A stretch of 64,000 nucleotides of DNA, from the NCBI RefSeq assembly GCF_001194135.2, contig NC_069002.1, forward strand, positions 15,074,123 through 15,138,122. The letters are read 5' to 3'. Below are positions 52,225 to 60,172 of this stretch, one piece after another. The notes below the pieces were generated by a model. That model worked only from the letters and a program-made list of their open reading frames with translations, was not told the origin of the DNA and did no database searches. Each line of letters begins with the position of its first letter. Positions within the stretch are counted from its first letter, which is position 1. The stretch comes from Octopus bimaculoides. Its lineage: Eukaryota. The position numbers and the translations under genes are program-made.

Positions 52225-55200
52225 TAACATGGTAGGTGTGTCCTTCAATTATATGATAGAGAATAATAACAGGGTATACTTTTACATGTGAATCTCAGAT
52301 TTTGAAGAATTCTTGCTGATATTTACCATTATGTCAGTCACACAAGCTTCCACCGATGTTCCTACATTGAGATCTTTAACTGCTTCACAAGAAGAAAATG
52401 ATTTCTTGAGAGAAAGGAAGGTTTGACATTGTCCTCTTGCTTGGTCTTCTGTTATACCACTTTGAGTTACATTGGGTTGTTCCTGGACAGAAAATATGAG
52501 AAAGATATATATATATATTAAAGAACAATCAAAGCAAAAACAACGAAGTTAATTGTTGAATTTTATATTTCTTCATCATCGACATTGTCATTGTTGACAT
52601 TATTAACAAAACTACCACTGCTACCAACATTAGAACCATTGCCTTCTTCCTCCCCTCCTCCTCTTCTACACTCATTCCTCTTCCTCCCCCCTCTCCCCTC
52701 TTCTTTCCCCCCTCCTCCTTCTGCACAATGGTGTACAATAGTGTGTGGATGAAATTTTTAAACTTTTATATTTAAAATTTATTTTTATATTTTTAAAAAA
52801 TTAATTTTTATATTTTTAATATTTAATATTTTTAATTTATTTTTATATTTAAAAAAAAATTATTTTTAATATTTTATATTTTTAATTTATTTTCATATCT
52901 TTTTAAAATTTATTTTTATATTTCTAATATTTTATATTTTTAATTTATTTTTATATTTTTTTAATATTCATTTTCATATTTTTAATATTTTATATTTCTA
53001 ATTTATTACATATGTTTGGAGGAAGGAGCTGTGCCTGTGTATTTTGCATCCCCTCTCAGACTATCAAGATTGATTACGTCAAGGAAGAACTGTTTTAAAT
53101 CATCTAAAAATACAGAAACCCAATATTCACTTTCCATATACAGTAGAACCTCACAGTACAAGTGCCCTATTGTACCAGTAATTTGCTGTACAAGCTGAGA
53201 CTAGTGTAAACTTTTATAGTACAAGCAGAAATCCACAGTATGAGCAAACAAATTATCCCAACTCTGTGTCATGCTGAATCTCCTTGTGAACTATGTTAAG
53301 GGTACATGTGTCTGTGGAGTGCTCAGCCACATGCATGTTAATTTCACAAGTAGGCTGTTCCATTGATCAGATCAACTGGAACCCTCATCATCGTAACTGA
53401 TGGAGTGCCAGTATAGATGGATAGATGGATGGATGGATGGATACATACCCCTGCAACATAGTCTTCATCATATTCAAATTCTTCCGATTCTTCTCCCAAG
53501 CACTTCCTTGGATAGGCTGCTTCTTTCCAGTAGAAATCAGTTACATCAGTATCTGAGGAGAGAAACCATAATGACAAAAATATAGAGAGGTGGATAAACA
53601 AAGACAGAATTTCTTCAGAATTACTGAGACATACAAAAAGTTATTACTCTCTTTACTCTTTTACTTGTTTCAGTCATTTGACTGTGGCCATGCTGGGGCA
53701 CCGCCTTTTAGTCGAACAAATCGACCCCAGGACTTATTCTTTGTAAGCCTAGTACTTATTCTATCGGTCTCATTTTGCCAAACCGCTAAGTAACGGGGAC
53801 GTAAACACACCAGCCTCGGTTGTGAAGCGAAGTTGGGGGGACAAACACAGACACACAAACATATACACACATACATATATACACATATATACATATATAC
53901 GACGGGCTTCTTTCAGTTTCCATCTACCAAATCCACTCACAAGGCTTTGGTCGGCCCGAGGCTATAGTAGAAGACACTTGCCCAAGGCGCCATGCAGTGG
54001 GACTGAACCAAGAACCATGTGGTTGGTAATTTTTAGAACTTCATAAAATAACATTTTAGCCATCTAAAACCACGCAAAAACTACTAAATTCATTTAAAAT
54101 TTATTCATATATTTTTCTGAGGGTTTTGTTCTTTTTTTGTGTTGTTGCCTCAGGTCTCTGCCACTCCTGAAACTCACAATGGCATCAAAATAAAATTTCT
54201 AAGTATCACAAGCAAAAACAGAAAGAAAACTCTGCAAATTGATGACATCAACATTTCCTCTGGATTGACAGAAAAACCAAATCTTGACACCCAGCAAAAT
54301 AATTGCAAAGTAAATTTCACAGTCTTTGTTTGTTATCAGATGGTTGAAATAGTCATTCTATGATGTATTTAGGTCTCAGATGCCAGATAAAGACAATTCT
54401 AAAATAAACAGTTTGAAACATTTGTGGAAACATTTATACTTGAACTCATGAACATGTCTTCAGATTTCCTTCAGCTCAAGTTAATATGTTGTTGACCTAA
54501 AAATCAAAGCCATTCTTAATTAGCACCTCTGTTAATGAGCAATTCTATTAAAAGGCAACGGTTTGTCACCTCTTTTTAAGTAAACAACTTCAAGCTGTTT
54601 TCCTTCAGAACTGACTGGTCTCATACCCTGTCCCCACACCCAGCTCATTCTTACCTACTCATATCTCAACTGTTCATCCCCTTTACTTTGTCTTCCTCAT
54701 TCAGGCCCTAACAAATCACTTTTTTTTAGCCCCATTCATTCTTTTCTTGAACACCATTTCTCTACAATTCTCTCACTGTCCATGTTTTTTCTTTCTTGAA
54801 ACTGTCAATTTAAACCTATTCAAGATAAACATTAATTGATCTTACCAGTCTTGGAGAATTGTGAAGATTATGAGCTTAGTACCTTCTTGTAGACTAGTGC
54901 TTTTCAAAGTGGGTCTGAGGACAGTGGAAAATTTTTATGCCTGTACAAGGAGCAAAGAGGGCACTAGGGGCTTCTTTTAATTGCCCTAAATTTTAAAGAT
55001 AGTGTTGATTTTTATTCTCTGTATTTGGTTCATATAATTGATTGAAATAAAGTTGCAAGCAGGCAGAATTGTTTGCACATCAGGTAAAATGCTTAGTGGC
55101 ATATCATCCATCTGAGTTCAAATCTCACTGAGGTCAACTTTAGCTTTTATCCTTTCAGGGTCAATAAAATGAGCACCAGTTGAGCTCTGGGGTTGATGTA

Positions 55201-58200
55201 ATCATCTTATCCCTGACCCAAGAGCTTGCTGACCTTGAAACCAATATGAGAGGTTGAAATGTGGCTTTTCCCATTCCATATCATACAAATGAGTTGAATC
55301 ATGTGTAAGTACGAGTTTAGTAAGGATCAAGCTGTTGGCAGTAACAGTTTGTGGAGTATTTCATTTTAGGGGTATTGAAAGGGTGTTAGCAAAAGAAAGG
55401 AGTCAATATTTAAAAAAGTTTGAGAAGCAAAACTTTTGGCCAAATCCTTATATGAAAAAGGATAAGTTCCAGCATCTTTGATACAAACAACAAAGATGAT
55501 CTCATGTGAAAAGATTAATTAATTAAGGATTACAGGAGATTACGGTACTTACTTGATTTTTTCTTCTGATAACAGAAATTAACATCACCAGTTGCTGAAC
55601 ATTTACTCTTTGTGCCATTCACATTCTGACAATAAATAACAGTGTCGTTTTTCTCTTCAGTTTCTGGACAGTAGCCATTGTAAAGAGAGTCGGTTTTATT
55701 TAACCTGAAAAAAAGATAAACGAGCATTATGTGTATGTGTGTGTGCTCATGGATGCATGTGTGTATTCATACATACATACATAAATATATATATATATAT
55801 ATATATAGGGAGAATTCACAAAAAAACAACAGACGAAGACAGGTGGTGTAGAAAACAAACAGATGTATTAGTATAACGCTCAGGAATAGAGAAAGTCTTT
55901 AACGTTTCGAGCCTACGCTCTTCAACAGAAAGGAACACAGAAAGAAACAAGGAGAGAAAAAAAAATGGATGGATGGATGGATGGATGAATAGATAGATAG
56001 AAGCATACATACATACATTATACATACCCTCAACACATGCATACACACACATATACATACATGCACATACATACACTATATACAAATTATTTCAAATATT
56101 GATGCTATTAATAGTTTAATGACCATAATTAAGCATTATTCTGTAATTTGATTATTTATTCTAATATTTTTAATGATTATGATTTCTTGAGAGAAACCAA
56201 CTTTGTAAATCTATGTTATAATTTCTTATGTTCACTCAACTCTTTGACTCTTCTGATATCAGAGTTGGTGGCATCAAGAATACATCAACTTATAATGCTT
56301 TTCTTACTGTTAAAGAGTCTGATTAGTTTGAACTTAAGGTTAGAAAGAAAGTTGGACTTCTGGGCTTTAAGAGTGATGTAGGGTGGTGCAGAGTGAAATA
56401 TTGTCTCTTTAGAAGGGTGGCTAGTATTTAGTCTTTATGTAGTCATGCTGAAACGTTACTTTCATTGTATATTATGGTAGTGACATATCAAGGTTTTTAG
56501 ACAGTTGGAAAACTTGATATATTTACAGTTTTCACTTGTTAGAAGACATCATGTCCTTTAGCTACCTATTACCTATGTACCTTTGCTAACTCACATCTAA
56601 CCAGGAATTACACAACAACCATACTATAAACTACAGTTAACAAATTTCCCACTATTGAAGACCAAGATGTCCATTCAGCCACTTGTACACCAATTATAGA
56701 GAAAATGCATTAAAAAAAAACCCCACTTAACAAACTGCTTTTAAGAAGAACCTTCTAAATGTCTTTCAAAAGAATAAAGTAAATGATTAAAGGTTCTTCC
56801 CTTCCACTATCATCTATAAGAAAGAAGATGAATTATATTTATATATCAATCTTTAGTCTCACCTCCAGGCAAGGCAGAAAGTTCGTAGTTTACTGTCCTT
56901 TTTAACATAAAGCTTTCCGTTTGGCATTCGCAGGTCGTTTCTTGTACTTCCATCATAATTACCACACATACCTAAATGAATAAACAATAATAAACAATAA
57001 TCATCAATAATAATAGCATTATTATATTGTTTGACGCAACAATATAAATATAATTAAATTAATATAAATATAATTAAAAGTTACCTTCAGTTTTATTAAA
57101 ATCATTTGGAGAAGCTCGCATCCAGAGATTTATAAATGTTGAAGTAAGTTGGCAAAAAATGACGCTGCCTGTTGGAAGATGAATCTAAAAGACAAAATGT
57201 GTTCAAAATTATTTATAAAATTCAAATAAAAGAATTTTACTTCTCTTACAGGGTGGTTCATAATAGGAATGTCTGCTGGATTATGAAGTTTGTTTCCCAA
57301 TCACGCTGCATGGCATCTTGGGCAAGTATCTTCTACTATAACTCTAAGTTAACCAAAATCTTGTGTATGAATTTATTGGGAGATGAAAAATGTAAGAAAC
57401 CTGCCCCGCGCGCGTGCGTGCGTGCGTGCGTGTGTGTGTGTGTGGTAGTGGAATGCAGTGTTGTGCTTCTTTGACTTGACATCAGATAATCATTGTTAAA
57501 AACAAGGGTTACCAAACTTCCATGAAAGCATAATGATTGCTGGGGAAATTGTACATCACTTGGAAACAGGTGAGTGCTGGTAACAAGGAGTAGAAAATCT
57601 GCCTCAACAAACTGTGTCTGACTGATGCAAACATAGAAAAGCTGACATTAAAACAATGACAGTAGTGATGAGTGACACCTTGAGTAAGTTTCATCAACCA
57701 TAATGGATGCAGCATAGCTGAATAATCAAGGAATTCACTTCAGTATCATAAGGTTCTCCAAGTCTTGCCATGTCACACTGTACCATACTAAGCGAACAAT
57801 AATTTTTCTTTTGAGGTGGGGGCATGTTGGGAACAGTTATCACTTTAGTGCTGATGCCTTGACAAAAGTACTCAGTACAGTGTGTAAACTGGCTGATGTT
57901 AGGAAGGGTAACTGGCAACAAAAACTAGAATAAAAATGAAATACAGGTGATATTATTCAGCTACTCTAATTACCTGAGAGCAGAATAGGCACACGCTATG
58001 TGCCCCAACTTTTGTTAGCTTCCCCTTTGCTCCTTCTCCCCAGAACCACTTCCATTCTTTATCTTCCTCCAGCCATGCTCTTTCCTCTCTGCTACACCCC
58101 ATCCATGCTTACACCTTTTTCATCCCCTGAACCACTCCTATATCTCTCACCTTCAATTGCTGCAGCCATCCCTATCCCATCTATCCATCTCCCCACACAT

Positions 58201-58718
58201 TCTTATGAAATTTTCCCCTCTGTTCCCCACCCAGTCCAATCCGCCATTATCACTTCACTTATGTTTTTTCCACTATACCTTGAGGGTATGTCCTAACACA
58301 TATCCACCATCATCTCTCCTACTCTCACAATCTCTATCTTTTTAAGTCTTCTTCTCCCTCCTCCTTCAACTGGGTTATCCTTGTATCTCTTCTACACCCG
58401 TCTCTATCACTATTATTCTTTTGAACTCTCATCAACTGGTACAAAGCCACCTCCCTCAATACAACTGTCCCACCCCAGTCGAGGGAAATTTGCAATTTAT
58501 TTGGTGACCTTGCTGGTGCTAGTGCCACGAAAAATGTACCCAATTCACTCTGTAAAGTGGTTGACACTAGGAAAGGCATACAGCTGTAGAAACCATGCCA
58601 AAACAGACAATAGAACTTGGCATGCTCCTCTGGCATCCAAGCTCTCATCAAACTGTCTTACCCATACCAGCATGGAGTATGGGTGTTAAATGGTGATGAT
58701 GACGATCTCGTGCATGTG

Positions 58719-58769
<51 letters not shown>

Positions 58770-60137
58770 CTGCATATAGAAAGAGTAAGAAAAATATTTC
58801 ACTTAATAAGAATGTGAGCAATAAAAATTAAGTTGGTTCTCTGAGGAATTTGATTTCTAAACCAATATGTTTTAGTTAATTAAAATAATGACTTACCTCA
58901 TATTTTTTACCATCTGCTAATCTGTGAATGGCTGTTCCAGCGAGTAAAGTATCACTGCTTTTAAAGATTTTTATTTTTAGTTTACTTCCTTTGCATCTAT
59001 CCAAGAGAATAACATTGTCTCCAGATTGCACTGCAACACCACAATTACAAGATGCTCGACCATTGCAGCTTTTGTAGAATGCATGCACCTGAAAATGAGG
59101 AAAAGAGTAATGAAACAACTACAGCACCAGCAACTGAATATCATACAAGAACCACATCATCTCAATTTAAACAAAGTTTCTATAACCATGTTCACTCTTT
59201 TAGGAACATGGAAACTTCTCTCCCATATATGGGTGGAGAGGTTGAGTCTAACCTGTGCTTGATGGAAACACTTGCAGTCATAAACCCTAAGAGTGATTTT
59301 GTTAACAGGAGTAAGGAAATTTTGATATTGTGCCTACACAAATAGTACATAAATAGTGTGAAACTTTCAGGTTCCTTTTTTTTAAATTTCCATCAGTCCA
59401 ACATACTTAAATCTTTCAATGTGGATCTGTTCACACCTCCTGATGCTCTAGCTCTCTCCAGTAAACTCACTTCTTAGTTTGTTCAGATATCATTGGGAGC
59501 TTATCACTTTCGTTATTTACTTCCCAAGTCTCTTCAGTCAACCTACTATTTAGTCAATTTAAATGTCCAGTAATCAGCGTCTCCTACCTCCAATTTAAAC
59601 TACCATGCAGGAACATCAGTCATATGCACCAGACTCAATCAAAGATCTGGTTTCACTAGGTTTATCAATGTTGGGAATATCCTATCCATAATATTTTTGC
59701 TAATGTGACCAATGTCAGATTTGTGCAGGCTAATCAACCTGATGGATGAGTCAATGGAGAAATCCAGTTTGTGGTCCTGCATTGTAATCCGAAGTTGTTC
59801 AGGTAGGCATAATCTCATCCTGTCTTGAATGCTGAAGTCCTTAACTATTTTGAATCCTTCCATGTTGATATTTTGCAAGGTGGAACAGGGTGTAGTTTTG
59901 TGTCCCTTATCAAACCCCTTATGTATATGATACTTGCAGTGATCAGTATTGACATTATACAGGTTTCCTGTATTGTCAAACTGCTTTCACAATCCATCAC
60001 ATTTCCTGAGCTCTTCGATAAGATTTCTCAGTTTTCAGCAGAATTTTGATCTTGCTTGAAATTTTAGTTCAAAAGCCAGAGTCTTAGGCTGTGTGTTACA
60101 GTGGAAATATTCCAATTTTACACCCTTTCAGGACCAT

Positions 60138-60172
<35 letters not shown>

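Noticed and set aside
53010-53103. Candidate exon with a good acceptor (DLKQFFLDVINLDSL...)
   Set aside because: Wrong phase relative to A7, runs into a stop with no donor, and A7 joins A8 directly as B8 joins B9.
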